A DNA stretch of 63,971 bases, filler included, from Phoronis australis (lineage: Eukaryota > Animalia > Phoronida): assembly GCA_002633005.1 (NCBI GenBank). It is 6 parts of 6 records of this genome, joined end to end, with 100 filler letters (N's around TTAATTAATTAA, not from the genome) between each part and the next. Parts side by side here need not be neighbours in the genome. Positions count along the whole stretch, not along the records: positions 42,411 to 61,366 come from NMRA01000526.1; positions 61,467 to 63,971 come from NMRA01003643.1; 4 more parts are not named here. The stretch is one strand, 5' to 3'. A model generated the notes under the pieces. The model did not search any database. It was not told the DNA's origin and worked only from the letters and a program-made list of their open reading frames with translations. This document shows, piece after piece, positions 48,601 to 62,160 of this stretch; the stretch's first letter is position 1, and every line of letters begins with the position of its first letter. The translations under genes were made by a program, and so were the position numbers.

Positions 48601-51472
48601 TGATTTTCTCCCTCCCAAAGGATGCATTTTGTACAATTATGAAAATGGTGATACTTGCGAGTGATCCCTCATACTGGATTTAATACGATTTGTATTCAGA
48701 TATTGAATTGCTGGAATGGTGATTTATTGTTTGTGTGTTGTATTCTTTTGTTTTTGACAGTGCTGTCAATTTTATCACATAACGAAAATGGGCAATAAAC
48801 CCACGTCTTCTGCTAAAAACGGACTGGATTTAGGCCACTTAGTGTTTACATATGAAATCTTATCTTGTTGCTTATTCAGATTATAAATGGTTTGTAAGCT
48901 TGAGAAGAATGGACAATTGCTTCACAGTGGCGGATTTAGAGGGGGGACCATGGCCCCTCCTAAAATTCTCTCAGATACCATTTGGCAGTTTGGGGTGCGA
49001 ATTACTGACTAGCATATGCGCACACCTAGGGGGGCTCGAGGGGGGGAAGGGAGCGAATGCAAATGCACAGGCCTTGAACAAACCAGTTTACTTTTTTTTA
49101 GTAATAAGGTCCACAAACGCAAAAATTCGAGACCCTTGCATCGCTACATGTTAGGCTGGGTGCGTATGTGGCGAAATTCTGGTTACCGGTATTTCTGTGC
49201 CCTGCCCCCCCAACACAAAATCCTGGATCCGCCCTTGCTTCAGATAAGATCCATTATTAAAGTAACTTCAGTGTCAGAGATCTTAGTTTCAGTCTCCATT
49301 ATAGGTTAGTTGTCTGGCATTCCAGACGATTTATTGAAGCCCGGTTCCAACAAAGGATAGAAATCTAATGACCTTGCTTATTTAAATGTTTATCACAAAA
49401 AATATAATGTACAAATACAATAATTAGAGTTAAGCCCAGTAAGTGCTAGAAAGCCTTATCTGGGCGTTGCTTGGGAAGAACAAATAAAAAAAAGTAATTG
49501 CAGGCAATCTGCTACACCTTGTACCACATGTGAGCAGGCCACACAGGTGGGCCAATTGCACTGATACCTGGAACCATTTTTATGCTTTATTAATATAATT
49601 TTTTTAGTTAAAAAACTGAGCTGAGTAGTTAGAGACCCAACACAAGGGTCCATCAGTGTGCCCCAGTGGGACCCGAATCCACTACCTTGAATAAAGGAAG
49701 TGGACAGTTATCTTAATAGGCCACACTGCCTCCTGTGAAGAAACTTCATCTCTTGAACTTGGTTTATAGAGGATTTAATTTTTTTTTAATATACAGGTAG
49801 GCTTTCCAAATGCTGGTAAATCCACATTACTACGTGCTATTTCGAGAGCCAAGCCCAAAGTTGCTGCCTATCCATTCACGACACTGAATCCACATGTGGG
49901 AATAGTGGAGTATGATGATCACACTCAAGTGGCTGGTGAGTAAAGAATACTGCTCGTAGGTAATATGCACAATACATGGCTTTGTCAGGAACAAGAAAGT
50001 CTGCTCAACTAAGAGTTGCTCTTTGTCCGTATTGATAATGCATGAGGCGTTTAAATCAAGAAACTAACAAAATCAAGGGGAGGCATTAAACATACTGAAA
50101 CAAAAGGTGGTTGTATAAACATGGAATTTCTTAAAGGAACCATAAATAATTGTGCCTCCTGTCAACAAACCTTTGATTTAGTCCATTTAATGTCTCTCAT
50201 CTTGTTTCTTATTCAGTATAAAATGGTTTCTAACCTTGAAGAACGTTTAGTTTGTTACTGCTTCAGACCAGGAGCATTCACTTGCTTGTCATGGGGAATT
50301 AGTGTCAGACGCCAACGCAGCATGGTCTTGCTTGTCATGCCGAGTTAGTGTCAGACGCCAAGGCAGTATTGTCGTAGTATTACTAGCGATTTAATGTACA
50401 ATCTCTTTAATTCAACAAATCAAAAAAACAGAATATTGTTTTGGAAATTGGAGCAAATTTGAAGAAAGTTGGATGTTTTTAACACCAGCACATAATTTAT
50501 AACCATTTTGAGGTGAGTATTCAAGCCAGATGTACTCGTTTGAATTGATACAATATTATTGGTAAGAATGTGATTCCTATAATCGAGTTTCATGTAGCAC
50601 TCAGGAACTGAGTCAAGCTAAATGCATGAAATCAGAAATGGTATATTAGACTGGCAGTCATTCTTGCCAATCTTTTATGTCAAAGACACTGACTTTAAAA
50701 TTAGACCACTACCACTGCAAACATGGTCTCAACTTGTAAAAATCGGAAGGGGGTTTTTATAGTTGGGAAGAACTGACAGTACATTTATTGTTTAAGACTG
50801 AACTAAAACTTAGGTTATGTGATGACATTTATGCGAAAATCAATGTTTGCCAGATGATGGTCATCATAGTCTGGTTTCTTGCCCGAATACTGTATAAATT
50901 AAAGTAGCTGTGCTGCATAATCCCAGTGCTTTAGTGGTTATAAATGCACTCGTTTCTGATTCTAAGTGGAAAACAATTGCCACTCTTTCTGGTATGTCAA
51001 TGCTTTGGCTTCTTGGAAATTTAGTACGTGTGAGCCTGGTGACCTCCTTTCCACTCCTGTTATTCCACGTCATACTGTGTAAATTGTGAATACTTCTACT
51101 TCAGTTGCCGACATCCCAGGACTAATAAGTGGTGCTCATAAGAACAGAGGATTGGGAATTTCATTCCTACGGCACATAGAGCGCTGTGTATGCCTGTTAT
51201 ATGTTCTCGATTTATCCGTCGACCAACCATGGACACAGTTGAGTGAGCTTCAATATGAACTAGAACAGTACCAGGAAGGTTTGTCAACAAGACCGTATGC
51301 CATTATTGGAAATAAGATGGATCTACCAAACGCGAAGGAAAACTTGAAATTATTGCGGGAAAAAATTAATTTGCCAATAATGCCACTGTCGGGCAAAAAG
51401 CTGATCAACATGGATGAATTAGTGGATTACTTAAAGGACATGTACGACAAATATGTAGAAAATGGATCTTGA
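42613..51472 (+). CDS. MTG2: Mitochondrial ribosome-associated Obg-family GTPase 2 (GTPBP5); first exon(s) missing beyond the spacer
   Basis: Exons 42613-42760 ([18 protein letters not shown]...[13 protein letters not shown]), 44021-44136, 44600-44821 (VPIGT...[13 protein letters not shown]...MAHAGL), 49797-49935 ([12 protein letters not shown]...[11 protein letters not shown]) and 51105-51472 ([27 protein letters not shown]...NKMD). Obg fold plus G1-G4 motifs; AATAAA near 51507. Confidence 0.93.
44930..45978 (+). mobile_element. Helentron-associated (HINE/DINE-1-like) element, 5'-truncated, with an internal tandem array of CTCF-like motifs
   Basis: Seven ~145-bp monomers each containing a GCGCCACCTAGTGGC-like motif; 3' subterminal GTGGGTGCAT (45945-54) followed by a short imperfect hairpin and CTCTTGT; homologous to 62161-63971. 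Confidence 0.75.
47263..48153 (-). mobile_element. IS630/Tc1-mariner superfamily DDE transposase ORF (Sailor-like, DD71E), 296 aa, antisense in an MTG2 intron
   Basis: Motifs [32 protein letters not shown] and [21 protein letters not shown]; no stops or frameshifts in the ORF. Confidence 0.85.
48925..49237. mobile_element. hAT-like MITE with 5-bp TSD (same termini as 32642-32808; internal sequence shared with ~26403-26676; another end at ~61310-61366)
   Basis: CAGTGGCGGATTTAG...CTGGATCCGCCCTTG flanked by CTTCA on both sides. Confidence 0.8.
49410..49731 (-). mobile_element. Possible degenerate tRNA-derived SINE
   Basis: The minus strand begins GGCAGTGTGGCCTATTAAG (A-box-like), has GGATTCGGGTCCC (B-box-like) about 45 nt later, and ends in a TATTG/TATTT-rich tail. 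Confidence 0.4.
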
Positions 51473-52453
51473 ATCAATCAAATGTATAGCTAATTTGGTT
51501 AAAAAAATAAAAACGTGTGTTTTGTTGATGATGAAAACATTACATGTTTACATTTGGATGCATGTTGATTCGGTGTAAATCAGAATTTTCCCTTTTAACT
51601 AGGAGAATTCCGAAAGTCAGTTACTCAAGGCTCAACTAACCTCACCAACCGACCAAACATCTACATTTTACTCAAGGTACATAACAGTAAAAACCAAGAA
51701 CAATTCAAAATGAGCTGCATGTTTATTCCAATAGATAAACCTCACAAACACAAATATAATATTCATCTACGTTTCCAATTTTTATTTTGAACATAACGTA
51801 GAGGTGTTTGCGGTTGTTGTGAATCATGTGATGCAGAAAGGAACAGAAAGTCTTAACCAATGGTGATGACTACAAAGTAGAAAATCCATTTGAATAGGTT
51901 TCGTAGAGATCAGAATCTGCTGAACGTGAAAGAACACGCAAGAATTCTCTAGAAATTGCCACATATTACAACTGAAGCACATGACAACACTTGATTCCTT
52001 AGCAAAACTCTACACAATACCTGGCATGAACTATCACAGTTGGAACATGTAAGAACCGGAGTATTCACAGTATAAAACCATCTCAATCGTTATTTTGAAG
52101 AAATCTAAAATGGGCGGGGAAGCTCGGCACGTGATTGGTTTCTTACCAGTCAGAGAACTTGTATTGGATGTTAGCTAGCATAGCAGTGATTTCAAATGCG
52201 TGAGCCGTCTTAAAAATACTGCGTGTGCCTTGCACTATGTTGTGGGAAACCAATATGCATACGCCACTTCAAAGTGTTATTTTTGCAATTGCCATCCGAG
52301 TTCAGATTGCATGTAAATTTGACACATATGCCATTAGGCACACTGACTTCCTGAGAGTATTGTTAGATCACAAAATGTCCTACATAGTATCCAATGATTA
52401 GTTCAGCTACTACTGTATCTTAGGGAAGTCTCTCTCACTTAACGTTTTAAATT

Positions 52454-52538
52454 TACAAGGGGTCTCGTATTTTGAGATCCAGTTTCTCCAATAAATAAAA
52501 GAGCGTCAAACTGGTTCTCAAAATATGGGACCTCTGTA
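52454..52538. mobile_element. 85-bp hairpin MITE downstream of the EIF2B1 stop codon (related copy at 37648-37713)
   Basis: TACAAGGGGTCTCGTATTTTGAGATCCAGTTT / AAACTGGTTCTCAAAATATGGGACCTCTGTA. Confidence 0.7.
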
Positions 52539-52717
52539 TTTCCCAATAATCCACTAAACAGCTAATGTACGGTGCAAAAAGGTTGTAGTAAAACCAATCA
52601 TTGCTGTTGTTTTAACAGCCTGGGTTTCTGTTCCTCAAAGCCTCACGCAACATGAACAGGTGACCGGCACAGTATCTCCCCACGTCTGTGAACATCTTTA
52701 CAGAACAAAGAACGCCC

Positions 52718-55700
52718 TCAGCAATACAGTTTGATAAGCTCATCACTAACAGCCGAAGGGGTGAGGACACCCAGGTCAGTGAACAGCAAGGTGATATACG
52801 AGGGTGGAGTGTAGTCCACAAGAGGGTGCTCAATGCTCAGGTCTACCTCCGGATTGAGTTTGGAAGCAGGATACTGAAAAAAATTGAATTCCGTGATTTC
52901 TGAGGCTTGGTTGAGAACTTGCAGTTTATTGTTTAATACTAAAAAACAGTATCAGTGCATAAAATTACTCACAAGTTGTTGAGCCTAATTGCTTGTCGTT
53001 CCCAAGCCCAGACATCACTTATATTAGTTAATAACAACTTGAGGCCAACTTTGTTATGGTAAGTGGTCTAAATCAAAGTTATATTTTTGACACAAGTCTA
53101 GAACTGGTTTAATACATTTTGTGACACCAGCAGCTTGTTCAAATAATGCGTGGAATTGGTTTAAGAATCAAACCCAATCAATGGATGCCAAAACTTGGAA
53201 TTCCAGTATTCGTACTCAGAACTGATCAAGTTACGGTAAAATGTCAGCTTTTTCTTACCTTAAACTGATTTGGTAGGTCTTTCTGGTTTAACGGATACAA
53301 TCGTACAAACTTGAAACTTTCAGCTACCACATAAAATGGCTTGTGCATTTCCTTGGCTGAAATCGCCATGCAATATGTTCCAATCTGTCAGGACACAAAT
53401 GTATTAGCATCACTTCAGTAAACATGCAAACTCGAACAAAAAAATCAAAGACGTAAGTGTCGATCACTTCCACTTAAAAAAGTAAAAGGTCATTTTTGCT
53501 GTGGGACACAGTTAAAAAGTTGGATTATCATTACTTAAAAGCATAAATTTACTACTAGTTAAATTAAATTATTTCCAATATATCATGAACAACTTAGTCA
53601 AACTAAATTATTTCCAATATATCATGAACGACTTAGTCAAACTAAAATATGTCCAGTTATATCAAGAACTTCACTGAAATATGCATAGTTCAAATAATTA
53701 AACAGATTAATACCTTATTAATTATACCGCCACTTTCGACCACACCCTCAGCACCCACTAATACCAGATCTACTTTTTCCATTATGTAGCTGAAAGAATC
53801 AAAAACACACCCCTTAAATTAATACATATTAGGGAATTGCTTAGCAAAAATATAGATATTCATTAAGATTTAGGTGGTCATAAATCAGTCGTCCACAAAA
53901 ATAAAAGGGTCGTCCCGCATTACATAGCAAAACTCAACTCTGGATTTACCCACAACACTGTTAACAGACACATTTGCTGCCTCGTTTTCGTGCCATTGGA
54001 GTTTCACGTGTTATTTGTTGTTGTCTGATTCTTATCAAGTTTTTCTCGGTTGCATTACTCTATTCGTTCTTGCAATGCAAACGAAGTATTACAGCTGTGC
54101 TGAGGGCTACAACTCCGATGTGAGAAAGTTTGATAAACTGGACAATTACCCCTGGGTGTGTGGTGTTAAATTCTTTGCCTTCCTGACATAAATGAGAGAC
54201 ACGAAAACGTGGCTGACTTCCAAAATGAGGTTGAGCGCTTTCTTATATTCGGGACAAAGGAGCATTCTATCACCGTGTAATCCGGACAACCTATTAGATT
54301 TACACCACTTAAAATTATGCAACTGGTCTCAAGTTCTTTTTAATCAGATTGGAGGTGACAAAATGGTTTCCTTTCAACTCCACTTACCTAATAGCCGAGT
54401 CCAGTATCACAACAGTAGGTATACCCAGGGCTGTTAGTTCTTCTTGAGTCTTTCGCCTGAATTAATTTATGCATAATTTGTACATGGCATGCATCAGTTT
54501 TGAATAGCACAAACTAAAAGTTTTCAAAACAGATAATCACCAAATTACTATATTACGCAAAACAAAAACATACACCATGGCGATATTCAATATTTACTTG
54601 TTCAGGCAGTGATTGTAAGCACTCAAAATTTAAAAATTTTGTATGGAGATTAAAGAAAAACATTTCACAGAAACCCTGAAAGCATAAAAAGTATAAACGA
54701 GCAGAAAGCACTGCATTAAAACGTCATTTCCTCTTGTTCATCTGAGTGTCTTAAAAAAAAAAACAAAATCCAAATTAGACAACAAAGGAGTTTCAGATTT
54801 TCTTTACCATGGCTAGGACGTTATTTCCCTCACCACATAAATGTTCCTGGGCATTTCTGAGTACAAAGTTAACGTTTTATCACAGACCTGACCAGCCTTC
54901 CCAAAACATTGACTGCATCAATTCAACAGCAGACTATTCCTCAAATCTAACTGAATGTTGAAAACAATGCTCATGGCAAGCAAAGGTTTGAGTCAAAATT
55001 ATTGCATTTCTTGATTTCACAATTGAGCACCCAGTGGGTAGGAGGTGCACCTTCAGGATTTTCAGGACCCTAGTAAAATTTGACGAAATTTGGAATGTCA
55101 CATCTCATAAATAACTAATCGGATTCATAATGAAACTTTCAAATATTAACCTTTGCACAATGTTTTCCAAATCATTTCCAGGAATAGTTTTATAATGCTT
55201 CACTGTTGCATGAAAGACAATCAAAAATAAGTATTTTATGATACTTATGAAGAAATCAGAAGTTGTATGAAAAAAACGAAATAATTTTAGCAAATTGTAA
55301 CAGATTTCATTTTCAACAGATTTTTGTCATGTTGTTGATGCCCTTTTTATGAGGTACTTTTTTTACTAATGGTCATGTGACCCAACTAATGGCAGATTGG
55401 TACAAAAGTCACAAATCAAATTCTACAGGCTTTCTACCTACGTAAACTTTTATAGTTACTATATTAAACTCTATAGTTTTGTAGATATTTGGCCATACCA
55501 AGTCTGGTTGATAAGGTCCTACTTATTTAACCTTAAACTTCAGGATGACAATTGATCTCAAATTATATCATAATCATCAAATCATCTTAAATCAAAAGAC
55601 CATCCCGACACATTTACAATCACTTACCCTGAGTTGTTAGGGCCCGACTCTGTGACGTAAACCTTAAATCTTTTCTTGGAGTCCACTGCCATTTTAAAGA

Positions 55701-58700
55701 GTTTATTGACAACTCGGGAATGCGAGTGGGTGAGAATAGTCTGTAAAATGAACAGATTTCACTCTAATCATTCATGTGAGCTTCAGGGACTTTCATTAAC
55801 AAATTCAACCGCCTATTGGGCACCCTGGAACTTAATGTTCTTTATAAATGAAATGATCATCCTGAAAACGGCAGCAATCAAATTGCTACGCCATGTTTCA
55901 TGCGCTATAACAACAATACATAATTATGTCACAACAAAATTTGATGGACACACAATCATGTTGATAATCAATAATTTTCAACGATAATCGTTTGAAAAAA
56001 TTTTTACCGACAGCCACTTGAGACAAAACTTAACATAAAGTAGGTGGCGGGTTAGGTGACGACATCAATGCAGATAAAGCAATACTGCTGTCAGCTGATT
56101 GAGGAATATCTTGGTTCTCTGTTGGAACACTAGATGGAGTTATGCACTGCCTCATGTTCCTGGTCTTTAGCAGCATAAAAGGTATTCCTGAACTTAATTC
56201 ACACTCATTTCAATCCACAGGCCCAAACAGTCTAAAAAGGAAATCATCCTAATTCTTCAATCTTCTAAATAAAAATAATCGCCAAAATTGTCATTTTTTT
56301 ACACGTAACCTGAACTGGTTACCGTGGTGCCATTAATGAAAAGTTGAGTAACTGTTGTTTCATGACATCTCCATAGTACAAACAAAGCTAATAACAGATT
56401 AATCTTTAAAGTTAATTTGGCAAAGTAAAATGTCACATGTCCGTCACATTGTTTGCTAAATAGATGAAGAATTACAGTAACTTCAACTCAATGACTTAAA
56501 TTTCTGGAGCATAATAATCATCTATAGTCTTGTCAGCCCTTAAAAGTATGAGACAAGTCGGAAAATTTTTAACAAAGTGTATAGTGTCACTTACAATTTG
56601 GGTTATTAATTGACACATATGGGGAACGGCCGCACATAATAAGACTTTTTAGCAGAATAATATTTTACGTTCAACTTGTACAGTTTCAGGACTGTAAACA
56701 AAGGGACCAGTATCCTTCTAAACAAATAGCCAAATCTGAAATCCTGTCACTTACAGCACCATCTCTGATAAAAGGACCTCCGAGGCTGGCTATTTTCTTC
56801 CTTGAAGACGCAACTTTTTGTAGGAATAAGTTTCCTCTTTTCAATAGTATACTTTTGCATTCTTTGAAATCCTGAAATTTAACAAGTTGGGTTATCAGAA
56901 CTCACATAGTACGTGTAATAAAAGAATGTTTGTATCAATGCTCTTAGATAAGCCTATAAAAATCAAAGAGATTGAGTCAACACAATTATGAAAGTTAAAT
57001 AGCTAACAATTATTGTAAATAGCTTACATTTTAACAAATCTATTACAAACAGACTTCTAGGGAAACTGTGGGTCTTCTGCTGAGCAAGTTAAAAGAGAAA
57101 CATTATCCAAGTCATGTGAACAGTAACATTTTTGATGTCATAGACGTAATATATTGTAACAGATGAATGCGACAAAAAGGACTTTTGCTAATATGTTCCA
57201 CAATTTTGCGACAGCTGGATTTTTGAAAAATAATGGCAATTTGTGGGTTTTAAGACCCTGTGTATTTTAAAAAGCATTTTTCCCAAAAAAAAATATTAAA
57301 GGGTCACCAATATCGTTATTCCTACACTTTTGGATCCATCCTTAACACTTTTCAAAATGAAACACACGTCAGTGTCAACCATTTGTAAAGGAATGGGTCA
57401 AATTTCATGAACATATTGCAGAACTGTTCTCCTTGGATTTGCTTATGCCTAATTCCTGATGTCGGTGCAGTCCCACATACAGGCCCAAGGGCTCAAATAT
57501 GTTTTTCATGTGGACCTACGGAAGGACTAAAACCATTTTGGTCAGACAAATACAGTCCGGTGAGTATGAATTATGAACTTACAGGATGGTCTAGTGCTGC
57601 CAGTGTAATGAATCTGAGAAAAAGTTCACAGCCCGATGATATTGATGTGACGGAGCAGTCTGTTTTGGTGAGTGTGTGAATGGCATCCTTCAGGTTGTCA
57701 CGTAACTCTGACAGTGTTTCCGCTGAAAGAAAACGGACTAGATCATGATTTTGCAGAAAAATAGCTATGATATTTGGATAGGCAATCATCACCAATTACA
57801 GCAAGTCGCAACAACATTGTAGAATATTCCAGAAATTGAAAATTACAAGAGACAGAAATGGCTATTGTGATTATGTGACAGACATGGTACTTTATACAGT
57901 CTAATAAATAGTTTTCTTAAATTTTGCAAAAACGTCACACATGGCCATAGTTTCCTAATATTTGTACAACGTTAAATAAAAATCCTCAAAATGATACTCT
58001 TTGAGAAGAGCAAGTCTATGAATATAACAATTTCTGTACAAATTATTAATAGACTTGCTGTCTGCACAAAATATATGTTATAACATTTTATTTTTAAAGA
58101 TCTATACATAGCTATCACCAGACAGAAATGGTGAGCATTCATAATTATGTTAGAAACCTTCGCAAAATGAAAAAGACCAATTTTGGAAATTATTTTTGTC
58201 CAAAATTAGTGAAACTTTACTGTATTGCAATTAAAATTCACGTATCCACGACTTGAACATAACAGAAACCATCAATGCAAAGCGAAGTACAGTACAAGCC
58301 AAAAGTATTCAGACAAAACAGCCGGGAATTCCCTCCCATGATAGCTGGGCGAAAACCAATTTGTAGACAGAGTAGTCTTCCCATAATAATAACCGAGAAT
58401 GAAAAGGAGTGAACAGAAAATGTAGTAAGGTGGCTAAGCCATTCCGCAATTAGAATTTTGCTGCCGTTATAGTAATATTGTCACCGGTCATTTTTGCTGT
58501 GGACACAATTTGTCTTTGTGATGGGGAAACAGTATTTTGTCTAATTACTTTGTTTTGTACAGTGTGACCAATACCGGAGTTGAGGCTGATGAATTCTAAA
58601 AGCGTTCTTATGGCAGCAACAGCAGCAGAGACATCAGGCTCGCCTTCAATAATCTGTGAGAAGTATGCGACTATGTCTGCAACAAAGGAGAAACAAAATG

Positions 58701-60261
58701 AAATTTAAGAAATCGCTTGAACTTCAATCTACAATTCGGTGTCACAATACTTACTCTTGAACAAGAACACTGATTACAATTGTCTCAGCTTAACCCTCCT
58801 GGTTGCTAAGATTCTAAGGGATATCTGCAGTGCTTGTGAAGTGAACTACATGAATTTGAATTATCTACTTTACAATTTTATGTGCTGGGCAAACGGCCTT
58901 TCTTACAATGTTGATGTGTCACCGTTTTGATGAGCCTTCGTCAATATGAACGGATAACCACGGTGCCGTTGGAAGAATCGCCAGGTGTCGCTGTCAGTAA
59001 GGGCACGTCTTATTGCATTATTTGAAGTAAAGTTCTTAACTTTACACACGAGCCAGGGCAACAAAGTGTATCTGACGAGATTTTCGACAATTTACCTTGG
59101 TGCAATGATCATAAAACACCACAACCTTGACACGGCTCATTAACTAGGTCAATGGGGGTCATACGTCTCAACTTCTGAAAATCAACTGCAGTATACCAAG
59201 AAAAGATTGCAAGTGTTGTGTGACTGGATTGGCACATGATCATTATCTTGACAGAAATCAACGTTAACTATCGGAGAGCGACTATTGTCAGAAAACCACT
59301 AGATACCACTTAGCCTTGGTGCAAAGCTGTGTGCTAAATACAAAATAAGTGTCACTAAAAACAACACTCTTCCTTGAGTAAACTAAATTATTTAAACGTG
59401 GTGGAAAAATTGGCATTCTACCGTTATTCTGCTGCTGAAGTTTAGGAGCAGTCTTCTGCATCGGCTTTCGGTGCCATGAAATATTGCATCACCAGCTACC
59501 TACTAGTACTAGTTAGTTTCTTTATCGCCGATTCTTCAATCAACTGTTGTTCTTTCACGAGGTTGAGTACACGTCACAACAAATTATCAGAAATGGTTTC
59601 ACTTCATTGTAAGTTTTTAGAATTTTGATATCAGCAAACAGAATTTCACAACAAATTTTCTGTTGCTTCTAATTAGCTGTCATCAACTCCCGAGAGATGT
59701 CGCAAAATTTTAGTAAATGGCACATGCGCATATCACGTGCATACTATTTTCAAAATAACAACATACTTTTCATTCTTACAAAAGGTCGACAATTATGCAA
59801 GAAAATGAAGTTTGTTGTAAATTGTTTTTCACTTAAACGGTTGTAGCAACTAACACTAACACTAACACTAAACAGCAACAGGCAAGGACTTGGCAAGGTG
59901 AGTGTCGGTTGACTCCCAGTAATGTTGCATACACCCCATCCGGTCTTTAGCTCTACATGTTGATACAAATTTCACGGCGATGTGACAAGAAGAACTACAC
60001 TGGCTGTGTGCAATTTCGGGGTCTATGGAAGAAAAACACACAGTGGTACCTGGCTGTATTTTGACGATAGTTTTCATCATACAGCTAGCTGGCTGACTAG
60101 GACGCCTGGCTGTGCCTGTGGCATTCACCCCCGCCGGTCGTTAGCTCTACATGTTGACACATGTGAGTTTCACGATGAGCAAAAAGGGTACTACCTGATT
60201 GGTGTGAAACATCAAGGTCTGTGTGAATCACACAACTAATGTACTTACCTTCTTTATTCAT
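52718..60261 (-). CDS. EIF2B1: Translation initiation factor eIF2B subunit alpha, complete, 9 exons, 303 aa
   Basis: Exons 60249-60261 (MNKE), 58575-58676 ([13 protein letters not shown]), 57583-57722 ([14 protein letters not shown]), 56755-56871, 55628-55740 ([11 protein letters not shown]...VYVTESGP), 54388-54456, 53714-53789 ([25 protein letters not shown]), 53259-53384 (IGTYCMA...[20 protein letters not shown]) and 52718-52873 ([36 protein letters not shown]). Total 912 nt, in frame. Confidence 0.97.
53561..53665. repeat. 40-bp tandem repeat, about 2.5 copies
   Basis: AAACTAAATTATTTCCAATATATCATGAAC(A/G)ACTTAGTC repeated. Confidence 0.8.
54090..54295 (+). repeat. Interspersed repeat, diverged copy 2 (see 22985-23195)
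   Basis: Colinear similarity over about 200 bp to the reverse complement of 22985-23195. Confidence 0.75.
55375..55521 (-). repeat. Transposon terminus shared with ~46593-46750
   Basis: Minus strand TAGGACCTTATCAACCAG...GCCAAATATCTACAAAACTATAGA...TACCAATCTGCCATT matches plus strand 46593 TAGGTCCTTATCAACCAG...GCCAAATATCTACAAAACTATAGA...TACCAATCTGCCATT. Confidence 0.7.
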
Positions 60262-62160
60262 CTGGAAACCTCTCCCAGCCTAACATGCAAGAATACGGAA
60301 GTGGAAAGTTTTGTTTCACACTAGACTGCAGCGAAGAAATAGCGAACATCTAATTGGCTACTTGGAAACAAGTAGGTCAATTGCTTTCGCAGGTCATGCT
60401 TGTCCCTGTTCTTATTTTGAATGGATTGAGGCGTTGTCGGAAGCTGTCGAGTGTCTAAGATGAGCTCCATGTCACCCACAAAACGCCAGAAAATTACCGA
60501 TGTAGAAGATGCATGGTTAGTATGGAACCAGGTAAAAGCACAATGCCAGTTGATAAGATAAGCAAAGAAGTAAACGTTTCCCACCGAGGTCTGGGTGGTC
60601 TTGCACGTGGCCGTGGGTGCTGTGGCGTGTTGAGCTTGAGGCCATTGAGGCATTGAGGACCACTAACTATTTAGAGACGGGTTACGTGGCTAGGCCAGTG
60701 ATCTCTGAAGGTCAACTTCTGGGATGGTGTTGATGTATTGACATTACGGCATGGGTGTCTTTCTTACCCTGCATAAAAGTTCCTAATAACGGACTTAATG
60801 CAGCTAATAAATTAATCAAAAATTATGTAGGTCAACACACAGTCAGTAGGGAGGACAACGTTGTTAAATTTTTTTTGCAGTACCCATGTCAACATGTGTC
60901 ATACATTTTTGAAAAGCCCTTGGTGTGAGAAATGAAATGGTGCAGAAATCAGAAAAATTGAATGAGCAGTTACTGAGAAAATGGCCGTTGAAACGCGACG
61001 ATTATGCTTAAAATATCTGCCTTTTACATAATTTCGTAAAAAGTAAAAGAATATACATGTGCTGCATATAAAAAAAATTTGTCTCATTGAGACAAACATG
61101 GTGGTGTGTATTATATAAAATTTGGATCGATTTCTACAGAGATAATGCTGTTTAAATGTGTTGTTAGCATATGGAACAGGCTCATCATCAACCTCATGTT
61201 TGATAAATGGATTACACAGCTTAAAAGGTAAAGAGCAAAAAACAACACATCAGCTCAGAAATAAATACAACTGAGCTAGGAGGAAATTTCACATCAAACC
61301 ACAAGACAGCATTGGCGGATTTGGGGAGGGGCAAGGGGGCCAGCCCGTACCCCCCCCCCCCCCCCCNNNNNNNNNNNNNNNNNNNNNNNNNNNNNNNNNN
61401 NNNNNNNNNNTTAATTAATTAANNNNNNNNNNNNNNNNNNNNNNNNNNNNNNNNNNNNNNNNNNNNCCATATGTGAAAGCACTGGCAACTCAAAAGTCAG
61501 GAAATAGACGAAAATGCCAATTTTCATTTTGATGATTGAAAAAGCTTGATTCCTGGACAAGAAAGGAAACTGAGATGAACTATTGTCCTGTCTAGGAGAG
61601 CTGAGACTGTCATATGCTCGCGGGAAAGTGGGTTGGCTAAAACATCCAGCTCATTGAGAATGTTACTTCGTGAAATGTATGTATTTTTAATTCTACAGAT
61701 GTCTGCGATGTTTTACTGTGTGGTTGCTGGTCTCTCGGCCTTTTGGGAGCTGGATGTACACATATTTGCCCTATATTTCGCATTCTCAGTTATCGTCACA
61801 TTTTCACCCGCTTTAGACCAGCGTTCTACGCCTGGTCATCATAAATAGTTCACTTCAAAAACGTTCCTAACCCAACCGAGTTCGAATATGTGTTTGTAAA
61901 TAAAGCGTTTTGATCGAAATCCATCCCGTCCTTTTTAGTGTTGTGAGCTTCAATTTCAGCTGGACATCGTATTTGATTAGCCGGGTTATTCACCACCTAG
62001 ACGCCTTTTTGAATCAGGCAGAAAAATCGAAAGAGGAGCGAAAGCAGACGTTCTATCAGATACACTTACGACTGCAAAAACTAGAAAAAGATACGGATGC
62101 CTTCTTCAAAAAGCTGACCAAGACAGTTGACGGTAAAGTGATGTGCCATCATATCCGCAC

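Noticed and set aside
46593-48840. TIR pair enclosing the DD71E transposase
   Set aside because: The 46593 terminus is a real repeat end, but the best right-hand candidate (~48822-48836) matches weakly, and the left end may instead pair with ~46963-46974 as a separate MITE.
60321-60653. 110-aa ORF upstream of EIF2B1
   Set aside because: No recognisable family; it overlaps the likely promoter region.
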